Origin: Malacoraja senta
Taxonomy: Eukaryota
NCBI GenBank assembly: GCA_038087875.1
Contig: CM075989.1
Coordinates: forward strand, 15,440,001-15,500,000
Direction of reading: 5' to 3'
Length of the DNA stretch: 60,000 nucleotides
Shown here: piece after piece, positions 11,177 to 24,048 of the stretch
How positions within the stretch are numbered: position 1 is the first letter of the stretch
Layout: each line of letters starts with the position of its first letter
Position numbers and translations under genes: made by a program
The notes under the pieces: generated by a model
The model's database searches: none
Told to the model about the DNA's origin: nothing
The model's input: the letters and a program-made list of their open reading frames with translations, nothing else

Positions 11177-12704
11177 CAGGACAAAATCATGTTAATTGTG
11201 ACTATTAATGTAACCATGGCTCTTGAATTCTGTGTTTCTCTCTCCCTCCAGGTGGCTGCTGGTGACAGAAGCAACTTCATGCAGTTTGCAGCATTTGGGT
11301 AATTGAGGAATGTCCCTGAGGCGTTCTGTACAGAGAGAGACAGCTTTATTTCATTCCCTCTTGCCAGTAATAAACAGATGGAGAAACCTCAAGGGTGAGC
11401 ACAGACTTAGTGCAGGGTGTCACTGACACTATGCACATTGCCTTACATTTTGTTCATGCAAGCGATCACAGGCGCAGATTATCCTTGCAACAGTCTCGGT
11501 TCCTGCAGCATGTAAGAGTGCTCTGTTAGGTTTATATTTACCTCACTGCAGCAAGTTCAAGGCTGGCTATTGGGAACAAGAGTTATCCCCTGACGATGTG
11601 ATTCAGATCTCCATTCTAAGACCGCATTCATGTGCTTGGCAGCTGTCCAGTAAAAGCCACCATGCTCGAAGAACAACATAGACTGTACAATAAGCAGCTA
11701 CAAGCTATATTTCTGAAGGAACTTTGACTGACACAGTTGGGCAGTTGTATGGGTTCGTGCTGGTCATCTGTAACCTCTTCAATCTGTTCATTCTGAGGAT
11801 CATCCCTTATTGCAGCAGCTCAGTTGAGGAGTGGAGGGGTGGGTGGAGGAAGATTAAACTGAGGAAGACAGAATGCAATGGGAAATGAGGGAACAGGAAC
11901 ATAAGGGAAGGTACAAGGTAGAAAGCTCAATTTGCCCGGATCATACAGACGCAAAACAATGCTGATGTCAGTAACCTCAAGTGCAATCTGGCATTCACCA
12001 ACATTCATGTTTCTCTCCCTTCCCAACACATTGCCCTCCCTTCAATAATGCAAAATCAATTACCATCTTCCTGATCAATTGGAAAGATGTTGGTGGGTGC
12101 CGTGATACCTCAGGTGATGGATACATGACATTAGTCTCTTTCTTTAGTGAAAGGATATCAACAAATTGGAAATAGTGCAGACAAGGTTTATTCAGTGATA
12201 CAAAAAATAGGAGATGTTAGAAACACCCTGCAAGTCAGGCAGCATGTATGGAAAGAGAAATAGAATGGGCGACTTGAGGAAATTTGAAGTTGAGGTTATG
12301 GTCCAATCACCAAAATGTTATTGAATTGTAGAGCATGCTCCTCCCGCTCCTAATTTGCATATTATCTAGGGTGATCCCTGGCCAAGATCCCATTACTGCA
12401 GCCTCTTTTGCTGCAGCACACTCACATGTGTGGATGCTTGTTCCATTGCATGGAGAGTTGCACGGATGAGCTGAAAGACATTATCTCACCTTCCTTCAAT
12501 GAAGGGCTTCGACACCTATGCTTAATTCCATGTGGTGCCGGACTCTTGCCTGTTCCTGCAGGACAGACTTTCCAGTAAATTAAGCATTCCATCAACTTTT
12601 CCTGTTGTCTGATCCACTGAAGTGGGCTGCTGAGTTCCCTGCAGCAGAGCTGGAGTGCGATTTCACTCTCTTTAAGATGAAAGGGGAAAGTTAAGATGAG
12701 AGCA

Positions 12705-13150
12705 GAAAGATTCTCTGCCACAGAAGGCAGTGGAGGCCAATTCACTGGATGTTTTCAAGAGAGAGTAAGATATAGCTCTTAGGGCTAACGGAATCAAGGG
12801 ATATGGGGAGAAAGCAGGAACAGGGTACTAATTTTGGATGATCAGCCATGATCATATTGAATGGCGGTGCTGGCTCGAAGGGCCGAATGGTCTACTCCTG
12901 CATCCATTTTCTATGCAATAGAAATCTGAGGGGCAACTTTTTCACACAGAGGGTGGTGGGTATATGGAACGAGCTGCTAGAAAAGGTGGTTGAGGCAGCT
13001 GCTGTAACAACATTTAAAAGACATTTGAACAGATTCATTATAGGATAGATGTATATTGGTAAATCTGGGCAGGGGAGAATCGTGTGGGTGTCGCCATCTT
13101 AGTTGGCTTAGGCAAGTTAGGCCAAATGGCCTGTTTCCGTGCTCTATGAC
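12705..13150 (+). mobile_element. Two adjacent CR1 3' ends of different subfamilies
   Basis: 12705-12915 closely matches 3878-4215. 12920-13150 reads LRGNFFTQRVVGIWNEL and ends gtgctctatgactct. Confidence 0.85.
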
Positions 13151-13214
13151 TCTTTGACCATATGTAACCTCTGCAATCCTTATTATCAACCCCCACCTAG
13201 TCCCTAAGCACTTG

Positions 13215-13345
13215 AGATAGTGCCTCCATATACTGGTTCAATCCTGACCTCAGGCACTGTCTGTGTAGAGTTTGTACGTTTTTTCTTGTGACTGTGTGGA
13301 TTTCTTCTGCGTGCTCTGGTTTCCTTGCATATTCGAAAAAATGTA
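13215..13345 (+). mobile_element. V-SINE (HE1-like) fragment
   Basis: B-box-like ggttcaatcc followed by V-domain-like gtgtagagtttgtacgtt...gtggatttc...gtgctctggtttcct. Confidence 0.7.
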
Positions 13346-15301
13346 AATGTAAAGGCCTATCTATGTATAAAGGAAACGTTATGGCTTTACAACATATTCG
13401 GTACATTCTTTTTATCAGGTAGCTTTGAAACAAAAAGGATGTAAATACAATAAGACATTCAAATCCAAAGGAGAAGGAGCCAGGAGGACATGTTAAAAAT
13501 GCCGGCGCTTTGTGGTTTAGGAGAAAGTGGTTATAGTTAAGATTTAAAATGTTAAATGGCATTTCTAAGCCAAGGATATTATTTCAATTTATTCAGAATT
13601 TATACAGGAACAAGTGAATTTGGATAAAATGAAATACCAGGAAGAATTCTCTTACTCAAAATGATACTAAAGCACATTTGGTTCCAAATCTATGGGGAAA
13701 GTTTCAATTGGCTGAATTGGCTAATGACCATAGTGTTTTGGCAATAACAGATTTTTCATTCTACTTTTAAGCTCTTGGTTACAGCACATAAAACAAACGT
13801 AATGCATTTCACACAGCAGGCATCTCCAAAGATATTTAAGTTGTCTTTTAACGTAATACCTTACATAATACTTCCAAAAATACTTACTGCAGAAATGAAG
13901 CACTTCCAGAACCCAAGAAGTGTGAAAACACTAATACAAAGAGGATTTTTATATTCATGCAAAGAAACCCTGCTACAACTTGTAAGTGAAATTTATATTA
14001 TTCCTCTATTCTTTGTAAAATTCTCATTGAACTTCAGAGACGTAAGCTGCTTTTTTCTGTGCGTTGGTTTACAATCCACAAAATATTGCAAAATTAATGT
14101 CATGCATAGCTGCCTTGACACTAACTAGCTCCTCTTCAAATATGCAGTATAGTAATCAATAGATAACTACTGTAAAGCAAGCAATCTCTTTATTCAGTAG
14201 ACTCATTTGGTGAATGACATGCTTGTGTATTACACTAAGTTACATTAAGTTATTCTCACCTTGCAAATAATAAACAGTCAAACCTGTACTTACTAATTTA
14301 CCACTTGCTGTTCCTGGCAATGCCAGTTTAGCCATAAATTTTTTACAATGTTAATTAAGGGTCCATTTGCAAATGGAAATCGTTACCTGCCTATTTTCTA
14401 AGAACTAGTGGGTTTATGCGGAATGCACAAAAAAGTTATGCATAGAATAGCTGGATCAGAAAATCATTCCTAAGTAAATAGTAATCTACACTGCAGTCGA
14501 CAGTGGCATTTGGGACAAATCCTTCGGCATCTGGAATAGAGCTTTCATGGCCGAAGATCAGTGAGAGCGTCTCTTATGAATGGTCACATTATTCTTCGGA
14601 GGCATTAGGCTCGGATCACAGCCTAAAGTTCTGTTGTTAGACAGATCAGTGAACATGTTAATAGAGTAACCAGGAGCAATGGCATGTCCCTGGTGAAAAT
14701 GAATCATCTGTCTCCCAAGGTAAAGCACATCCAGCTCATCCCTGCTCAAGTAACTTTTGGTTTGCTGAAAGTGTGCAGAACCAGGCAGGCACAACACAAT
14801 TGCATGTGGGTGACTTTTTGTTAGGTCATTATGTTGTAGACCAGAAGGATGCCTAAGATTACCAAGCTGTTAGTGAAATTCAGAAGAGAGCCTACACATT
14901 TAGACTTTTCATGAGAGAAATCGTGTAGAAAATGTACTGATTTAACGTCACACTTTTAAAACGAATAAGCCCCCGAGTGAAGAGAATATGGCAAATCAGA
15001 CTAAATTAATTTTGTCTATTTTATAGTGTCTGTGTACTTAACTGTGTTGAGAATGAATATACAATTCCTTAGAATAATATACATGGTATCTGGTCCAGAC
15101 TGGAAGGATCAGTCTTCTTGTCTGTTATATTTCCTCAACTAATTCCTCATTGTTTACATCACTTTCCTCTTTGGCTTGGCCACATGCTTCATTATTCCTA
15201 CTCCAACATTGCAACAGTGACTAACACCAGAAGTATTTGATTAGCCATAAAAACACATTAGAAGTGTCTTGAAATGGATGTGAATGGTGTTGCATTAAAG
15301 T

Positions 15302-15393
15302 CTGAAGAAGAGTCTCGACCCGAAACGCCGCCTGTTCCTTCTCTCCATAGATGCTGCCTCACCCGCTGAGTTTCTCCAGCATTTTTGTCTACC
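15302..15393 (+). mobile_element. Penelope-derived hammerhead mini-element
   Basis: CTGAAGAAGAGTCTCGACCCGAAAC; 12-bp TSD ttgcattaaagt at 15290-301 and 15394-405. Confidence 0.88.
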
Positions 15394-15481
15394 TTGCATT
15401 AAAGTAAATTTCTCTTTTCATGATAAGGCCTCTTTGCAGAGCAGTATTTGATGTCTTATAGTGAAATCCACTTCGACTTCA

Positions 15482-15542
15482 CCTTTGAGGCCCTATGAAA
15501 TGGTTTGTATATCCTTTGAGGCCCTATGAAATGGTTTGTATA
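15482..15542. repeat. Perfect 30-nt tandem duplication (period 31)
   Basis: cctttgaggccctatgaaatggtttgtata at 15482-511 and 15513-42. Confidence 0.95.
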
Positions 15543-15792
15543 ACAAAAGTTTAAAACAAAAGGACCCAAAGTGCTGTAGTTCTTCAGCAGGACAGACAGC
15601 ATATCTAGAGAACATGGATAAGTGTCGTTTTGGGTCGAGACCCTTCTTCCCTTATGTACTTTTGTGTATTAACCAACATCTGCAGTTCTTTGTTTCTAAT
15701 TCGAAGAACAGAACAGCAGCCTAGCTGAGATCGAGAGCCACTCTTTAGCATGTATTTAGAATATGGATTTAGCATGTATTTAAACTATATTT

Positions 15793-16868
15793 TTAGACCC
15801 TTTAGAAGAAGCAATGAATATTAAGGCAGATTCAGAAAAACTAATATCATATTTTTATAATAGTATATTAAATAGAGAATTACCCTCAACAGAGGCACTA
15901 AGAGAAGATTGGGAACATGAACTAATGATAAAGATCCCGAAAGATAGATGGGAAAAGTATCTGATGAATACACATAATTGTTCCATTAATGCAAGACATA
16001 ATTTAATTCAATTTAAATTATTACATAGACTATATTATTCAAAAACGAGGTTGAATAAATTTTACCCAAATGTCTCTCCCAGATGCGATAAATGTTTGTT
16101 TCAAAATGCCAATATAACACATTCATTTGTAGGATGTACAAAGTTGAATACATTTTGGAGCGATATATTTGATATATTTACAAAGCTCTTCAAGTCAAGA
16201 ATAGAACCTAATATGGAATGGATTATATTTGGAATAATATTAGAAGATATCAATTTAAACAAAGACCAAAACGTATTCTTTAATTATGGGTTAATAATTG
16301 GAAAGAAATTGATACTTAAATTTTGGAAAAATACAGCTATACCAACTATTAAAATGTGGATTAGGAATATGACGGACATAGCACACCTTGAAGAAATGAG
16401 ACTCCGCCTAATAGATAAATATGACCAATTCTTAAGGAGTTGGTCACCTTTCATTGACTTTTTGGAATCATGTGATGCAGCAGTACCGTAAAGATTACTG
16501 ATTTCAGGTCAGGTCGTGGATAGATTTACATCTCCAAACAAAGATTTGAAAATTTCTTTTTTAAGGGTCTTTTTCTACTATTTCTACTTTCTATTTTTTC
16601 TTTTCTTATATACACACTTCACGTTTTTCTATTTTCTACTATTTATTTTTCCTCTTTCTTTTCTCTATTTTTTTTTTCTTTCTTTGTTTTTATTTTTTAC
16701 CTCCTTTTCAAAAACATAAAACTAGAGGTTGTACATAGAATGCATTACGTTATGACATAGTTGGCACCTAAAATTAGGTGCCACTGTATTGTTTTGTATT
16801 GTATTAACTTCTAATAAAATAAACAAAAAACAAAAAAACAAAAACAAAAAAAACAAAAAAAACAAAAA
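15793..16868 (+). mobile_element. 5'-truncated L1-clade LINE: ORF2 C-terminus, 3'UTR and A-rich tail
   Basis: Open 225-aa ORF 15814-16491 with LIQFKLLHRLYYS and zinc knuckle CDKC...HSFVGC. T-rich 3'UTR, AATAAA near 16813, (A6C)n tail. Confidence 0.92.
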
Positions 16869-16913
16869 TGTGTGTGTTCCTATTAATCCAATGAACAGAA
16901 CAATTAAACATTT

Positions 16914-18118
16914 TTTTGTTTTATTCAAGTAATAAATATATACAATACAGGAACCATGCAAAAAAATCATCCAACATTCTCGGAGGCTATACAAACATTC
17001 AATTCTGTTTACACAAATTTATCCCCCACCCTTGCCACTCATGTGGCCCACTGGCGTGTAATCCCTTCCCTTATTTTTGAGGGGTGTCTCCACCACACCC
17101 TGCCCCCCCTTATCCAGCAGCGGAAGGATCTTAGACTGTGGTCCTCCCACACCGAGCCTTGGCGTTGGCTGCACCGAGCTTCAGTGCGTCCCTCAGCACG
17201 TACTCCTGCAGTCTGCAGCGGGCCAGTCGGCAACATTCCCGGACAGATATCTTGCTCCGCTAGGTGTTCAACAAAGCTCGGGCAGACCAAGGAGCGTCTT
17301 TCACCAAGTTGATGGCCTTCCAGCAGCATTCGATGTCAGTCTCTGAATGCGTCCCTGGGAACAGTCCATAAATCACAGAGTCCTCTGTGACAGAGCTGTT
17401 CGGAATAAATCGTGACAGGGACCCTTGCAAAAGTCTCCAGACTCGCTTTGCAAATCCACACTCTGCAAAGACGTGGGCAACCGTCTCCTCTCCATAGCAG
17501 CCGTCCCGAGGGCAGTGTGCGCTGGTAGTGAGGTTCCGACGGTGCAGGAAGGATCTGACGGGGAGGGCTCCCCTCACTGCCAGCCAAGCCAGGTCTTGGT
17601 ACTTGTTGGTGAGTTCTGGCGATGAGGCATTTCGCCAGACAAGCTGTGCAGTCTGCTCTGGGAACCATGCCACAGGATCCATGGAGTCATTTCCCTGCAG
17701 TGCCTGCAGGATGTTCCATGCTGACCACTGCCCGATGGACTTGTGGTCAAAGGTGTTGGTCCGGAAGAACCTTTCCACGAGCGACAGATGGTGCAGCAAT
17801 GTCCAGCTGACTGGCACATTTTGTGGCGTCCGTGCCAGGCCCATCCTTCGGAACACCGGGGACAGGTAGAACCTCAGCAGGTAGTGACACTTGGTGCCCA
17901 CGTGGCTTGGCTCTACACTCCATCTGATGCAGCCACACACGAAGGTGGTCATCAGGATGAGAGCATTGTTGGGCACGCTTTTACCTCCGTTGTCTGCCGA
18001 CGTGCATTGTGGCCTATCGCACCCGATCCATCCTCGACCCCCAGATGAACTGGAAGACGGCACGGGTGATCCCTGTGGCAAAGGAGGGAGGCACAGGCCA
18101 CACTTCGCCAAGTACAGC
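16914..18118 (-). mobile_element. 5'-truncated Tx1-like (L1 clade) LINE
   Basis: Frameshifted ORF2: LLYLA..VWP...FQFIWG...GGKSVP, AWLAVRGALP, CPRDGC.GEETVAHVFAEC. T-run 3' end; possible TSD aacattt at 16907-13 and 18119-25. Confidence 0.9.
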
Positions 18119-19134
18119 AACATTTGGGTTTTGTAATTAATATGACAAAGGAAGAGTATCCAAAATAATCTTCAGTCACTGACAGAGCATTTGACATGTT
18201 CTGTGCCAACAGCACAATCAGCATTATATTTACAATCTTGCTCAGAGACCATAAATAAATCTTTATTTTCTGCATAAGAGATTTATGCTCTCAGAATTCT
18301 TGCTTGCACGATTTTTCCACCCTGAATTTCCTATCCGTAGATTCCTGATTTTGCACCAATCTTTTCTGAAAGTGTTTACTTGTAAAACGAACCTCATGAT
18401 CACATTGACATTTTGATTGGGTTTAGAAAATATTGACAATGTAAAAAATATTTTGCCTTGTGCTTGCTGTATGTGTTTGGTATTATTACTGCAGTGGTCC
18501 ATCTGCCTTCATGGAAATGGATGCCTTCGATGTAATCATACTTGGAGTAATCCTTTTCAGCCACCAAGTAAAACGGTGGAAGAAAGCTTTCATTATTGAT
18601 GAGTTTTAATAGTTAAATAAGTGGTACTGAGGACATCTCAGGATACCCATTGGTCTGTGGCAGAATTTTTATTACAAAAATGTATAAAGAACATCCTGGA
18701 AAGAACTACACTGATATATTTTAAACAACAGTAAAATCTTTGTGGTGGATGTTGGATGATCACTTAAACAGCTTTAACTTACGAGGTCATAGACAACAAA
18801 CTGAAATTGGGAGTAATCTAAATACTTCCATTTTGACAGATATGTAACATAGCCTGAATGGTTCCTTCCAAACCAGATGTTTTAATGATTCTATGAATGT
18901 GCTAAAAATGTGACTGAAACACATGTAAGTGATATTTCCGATCTGCATCTGGATTTATATCCACTTCAGCTGTGCAGTACCTCAGCATCCAAAATGCACT
19001 CAATAAATGGTTTGGAATGGTCCAACATCCCATTCTGGTGCCTTTGAATACTTTAAATGATAGTTGTTGTTGTTGAGCTGGTACTGGTGAATTGTAGATG
19101 ATCAGCAAAGCCACCAGCAGTTTTGCTTTAACTC

Positions 19135-19870
19135 ATTAGAGCGGTACAGCAAAGAAACCGGCTTTTTGGCCCACCTCGCCCATGCAAACCAATTTCTCTA
19201 CCTGAGGTAATCCCATTTGCCTGTGTTTGACACCTATGCCTCTAAACCATACCTGCCCTTGTACCTCTCCAAAAGTCTTTCAAACCTGGTAATTGTTCCT
19301 TTCTCCACCACTTCCTCTGACAGCACATTCCACATACTTACCATCCTCTCTGTGAAAAAATTGCTCCTCTAATCCTCTAAATCAGGGGTGGGGATCCTGC
19401 GGCCTTCTAGGCCATTAAGTGCGGCCTTTTGAATGAATCCAAATTTTGTAGAACAAATCCTTTCATTTTTATTAATATGTTTTTGTTCGTCTTTTATTAT
19501 TTTTATTTTAATCTTAAAATGAACGTATTTAAAATACCCAAGAGTAAAAGAAGATTCAACGAAATAATCCTCCCCGACTGACGGCCACAATTAAAACATT
19601 AGTAAGTCATGAGGGCTATTTTAACAAAATAATGTACATTTTGAAGTATATCTGATTGAAGTTTCTTGGATGCGGCCTTATTAGATTACAGCTAACTTGA
19701 TGCGGCATTCCAGCATGAAAAGGTTCTCCACCCCTGCTCTAAATCTTTCCCCCATTAACCCATGCCCTTTATTTTTAGACTTCTCTATCCTGAGAAAATT
19801 CGGTGATAATTTGTGTTATCTATCTCCCTCCTGATGTTATGTATCTCTGCAAGGTTCTTAGATCCATGAA
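19135..19870 (-). mobile_element. Old CR1 3' fragment hosting the hAT MITE
   Basis: Reverse complement resembles CR1 3' ends (caattttttcacagagaggatggtaagtatgtggaat). Confidence 0.65.
19383..19736. mobile_element. hAT (Charlie-type) MITE
   Basis: Termini CAGGGGTGG...CCACCCCTG; perfect 8-bp TSD ctctaaat at 19375-82 and 19737-44. Confidence 0.93.
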
Positions 19871-20209
19871 TGAAAATCCCCCACCCAATCCAGTCTCATT
19901 CCTATTCACCATTTACATCCGCTTAAGATGTGACTGGACTGCACATATCCAGTCTTCTGGTTGTGACTCAATCATTACCATCGTCCATCAAGCTCCAACT
20001 ATACCAGTAAACATTGATGCAAATCACCTGGCTCGCACAGAGCCAATCTCTGTTTGGAATATTTAAACGATGCGAGTATGCAGAAAAATTGACGGTTGGT
20101 TGCGATTTCTATGTTAGATGTTCTATGCGCACACTATATCATTTCAAAGTTATTAGCTGAACGGAAATACTTTTTTTAAAGCAGCCTTCCGAGCATCTCA
20201 AACTGCTGG

Positions 20210-20333
20210 AGGGTCGCGACCCAAAACATCACCCATCCTTTTTCTTCAGAGGTGCTGCCTGACCCGCCGAGTTACTCCAGCACTTTGTGTCTGTCTTCGG
20301 TATAAACCAGCATCTGCAGTTCCTTTCCGCACA
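20210..20333 (+). mobile_element. Penelope terminal-repeat fragment
   Basis: gggtcgcgacccaaaacatcacc...aaccagcatctgcagttcc; same family as the other mini-elements. Confidence 0.8.
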
Positions 20334-20334
20334 T

Positions 20335-20700
20335 CTTAAAGCGCTTTACATTTGAAGTGTGGCCACTATTTTAATGAATGAACCCTGACAGTCAACTTGC
20401 GCACAGAGAAATCTCAAAATAGCGACTAAAAATGTTGACGGAGGGGAATATTTTGGAAATGTTGGTCAAGTTTGTATATTGTCTTGTACTCCAGTGGCAA
20501 CCCTCCTGATCTTTGAAACAGTGACATAGGATGTTTGCGCCCAGCTGAGAAAACAAACAGGGCACGTAGTGTAACAACTTGTCTGGGAAACAACAGTTCC
20601 AACAGCGCTCTTTCAGTGAAGGGCCGACCGAGAACTTTGTGAAAGTCTCTGGGGTAGGATTTAAACCCACAACCTTATGAGTCAGTGGCAAAACTGCAAC
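20335..20700 (-). mobile_element. Ancient DeuSINE (SacSINE1-like) remnant
   Basis: Reverse complement begins tgactcataaggttgtgggtttaaatcctaccccagagact and ends in a gtaaagcgcttt tail. Family assigned from memory. Confidence 0.55.
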
Positions 20701-23700
20701 CGGTTGGGAAGTGGCTGCAACGACCGAGTTCCTCATGGCTGCGCTTGGGACCAATGACCGCCGGCGCTTCAAATTCACATCAGTATCAAAACTTGAAAGA
20801 TACTTGTTTGGTTTCATTTTTCTTGTATTCGTCAACACACAGAACACGGGTCCTTCCATCGGTGAGCACACTCGGTGAATGCTAATCCCAGAATCAGCTC
20901 AGAGCTGTGGTCCTACAGCGTAGTGCAGGTCCCTTTGGGGAATGCAGATACTGTACCGGGTGCTGCTGTCGACAAACTTGGAAGCGCTGTCCGGGTTGTT
21001 TCCGCGTTTGTATTCAAGCGGAAAATATTTTAAAATACTTTTTTTTAAAGTTCAAGAGACCGTAAAAGCTCAATGGAAATCAACGGAAGTTAAGACTCTT
21101 TGGAGGATTGCTGAAGAATTCGGCTTTGATTCCAAAAGATTCAGCGCCTGGCAGCAAAGCCAAAAACAATGCGAGACTGGGCTGATTTAACACGTTCCAC
21201 TTTCTCGCTGCCAACAGGTGACGCTAATTGCATCATTTCAAATCTGTGGCAATTGAACAGAAGAAAACCTGATAACGATTCTGAAGTACCCGTCTTGCAC
21301 AGATATGAGCAAGTTTTATTGAATTTCTAAGGGAGTTAACCTGGACAAATGCTCCAATCTGCAGCCACCTTGTAAAGGTAATAAAACGAAGCACAGATCT
21401 CGTACTTTGCAATGAAATCATATGTGGTACAAAATCATTCCAGCTTTCTACAATAACCTTCGCATCTCTCCGCTGGGATAAACACCGACTAATTATTTGA
21501 GTTGTTTAGTTAGAAGAGAAACATCTGAGGTATATGGTTTTCAAATAGACTTCTGTATTAGAAATATATATTAAATCATCCGAAAATCACAGTTTCACTT
21601 TATCAGCCATTTTCAGTGTGGAATTTTGCACGGGAATCCCTGCAGATCACTCCTTTCTCCTCGCCCTCTCTGAGCCGGGAGCACCTTTGTTCGGCTGTCA
21701 ATACAGTGACACTAGATGCTGCTGCTGGCAGGAATCGTCTTACTGGCAGAACTTTACAAAGTCTTCCTCTTCATGCTGCACCAATTAGCCTGAATACCGA
21801 GGTACGTGCTCTCCTTTTCATTTGCAATGTTCCTGTTTGTGAAGGCGTTTGTGTTTTTATTATGTAAACACAGCGGATGTCAGACATCAACTTTAAACAG
21901 CCCGGTCCGTGCGTGTAATGTACTGCTGTCATTCTATGTTATCATTCTAATGCAATATCCGAACTCCACGGAAACAGTCCGAACGTGATTTTCTTTTAAA
22001 CTAACGTCAGCAAAATGTATATGCTCAAACCATAATTGAACCACGGTGCAGCGTGAAAAAAGCTACAATTTGTTATCGTTTTACATCTGCTGATGTCACC
22101 ATTATATTCAATAACAAATGAAACATGTCGATAATTCCTGTTTACCTCGTGATCTTGCCGTCTTTAAAATACACCAGCGTGGAACAATTTCCAATCCGCT
22201 AATTAAATCTGGGTGTAACTGGACTGTCCTGGTATGTGGCCTTTCTGGTGTTAAACAATTGCGGCAAACGAGTAGAATTTCAACGCGGATTCCCGTTTCA
22301 TTAATTAGACCAACAGAGCCTCTAAAAGCAACTGTAAATGAACACTCAGTCTACCAACCTTGTAAACATGAGGATTGCTTCACCGGGTTGTCAGTATCGC
22401 TGATATCATATTCGGATACACGGAGTAAGATTGACTGCATATTGTGTCAGCGTAAACTGTGGGAGATACTTCCTCTGAAAGCTGAAATTACGTCCCAGGC
22501 AATGTAATGCAAAGGCCATGATCAATTCGCGAAACATTGCCACCAAGACGCGTCAACACACTTAGACTCTCATCGCTTTAATATGGAAGTACGTGCTTTA
22601 TATTTGGGGTTTTATTGATAACAGATAGATAAGTAAATTAGATGTTGAATAAATACCAGGAAATTAAAATTCTTCGTTGCGTGCGCAGAAATAATTTCAG
22701 ATGTGAGTTTGTGGGAGTCATTATCGAAGTGCATATTTCTTGACAAACTTGTTGGGATAATAAAATCTGATTAGCAACAGAATAAACTTGAAGGTTCAAT
22801 TCTTAGGTTGTTTTCTTTTTAAATGAATGAAACACCCGTGGGTGAATAAATGACAGAAAATGAAAACCTATACTTGGCAGCAGACAATCTCGGTATGACT
22901 TCTGTGACTTGAGAGAATAATATCATTTCTGGCGACATATCCGAAGCTCCAATTTGTCCATCTGCATTTTAAAGGAACATTACAAAGTTTCCCAGAAACA
23001 TTACTTAAACAGGTTCATAGAGACGAATGGACTGCCCTTTAACGCTATCTTTGGTGGGTTCTCTTTTTCTGATGATTATAATAAACATTTCTCGGCCGCC
23101 TTAGAGCAAATTATATAGCAGAGTGGTTTACGATTTTCCTGTCGTTTAAAGACCGTTGTTCAGATTGAAGTAGAAATCAAACATTAATATGGATTGAATG
23201 CAAACACGTTATTGATATACTTTCATCTCCTCTACACAATATTTAAAGATTGTCTGAATGGGACCAGACCCGAAACGTTGTCTACTTATTCCCTCCATGG
23301 ATGCTGCCCGATCTGCTGAATTCCTCCAACACTGTGTTTTACTCAAGATTCCAGCATCTACAAGTTTCTTGTGCCTCCAATCTAGAAATTGTCTACTGGC
23401 AAGAATTGCAAACTGCCAGATTAATGTAGATATTTACTGTCATATTTAAGTACTTTTCAATTAGTTATAGTTTAAACTAGTTAGAAGATAATCAAAATTG
23501 AACAGTACTTATCAAATTTATTTGCACACTGATATTCCCTATCATATAAAGCATTTTCATACATGAAAAAAAGCACCTCCCACGACTTTCGGGTATCTCA
23601 AAGGCTTCACGGCCAATGAAGCAAATTATCAGATTATTTTCTTGAGAGATGTGATGTGATATTTTAGATTAACGAGCTACGTTGTGCCATGTAATTGACA

Positions 23701-23883
23701 ATAATTATACGGAGTTACAGCTGCAATTGATCCTCATCCTGACAGTATTCACAATTCGGCAGTCCCGTGTCTTTCGTCTGTAAACTGAGACCACAGCAAA
23801 CTATGCAGTGCCGTTCAGTTTACCGGAAGGCCATTCCTGTTGAAACGGACATTATCTCTCACCAATAGAACACCTTAAAATAG

Positions 23884-24048
23884 GCAACGTTTCGGGCCGA
23901 AACCCTTCTTCAGACTGTCTGAAGAGGGTTTCGGCCCGAAACGTTGCCTATTTCCTTCGCTCCATAGATGCTGCCTCTCCAGCATCTATGGAGTTACTCC
24001 AGCATTTTTGTCTACCTTCGATTTTCCAGCATCTGCAGTTCCTTCTTA
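23884..24048. mobile_element. Penelope mini-element with 5' inversion (head-to-head hammerhead cores)
   Basis: Near-perfect palindrome 23878-23953 centred on 23916; 15-bp TSD aacaccttaaaatag at 23869-83 and 24049-63. Confidence 0.92.

Noticed and set aside
11252..11394. Strong acceptor (ctctctccctccag) with donors at 11299 and 11395
   Set aside because: No convincing reading frame or linked exons; such splice-like pairs occur by chance.
22118..22507. 129-aa ORF upstream of TCF12
   Set aside because: No recognisable domain or splice context; consistent with chance.
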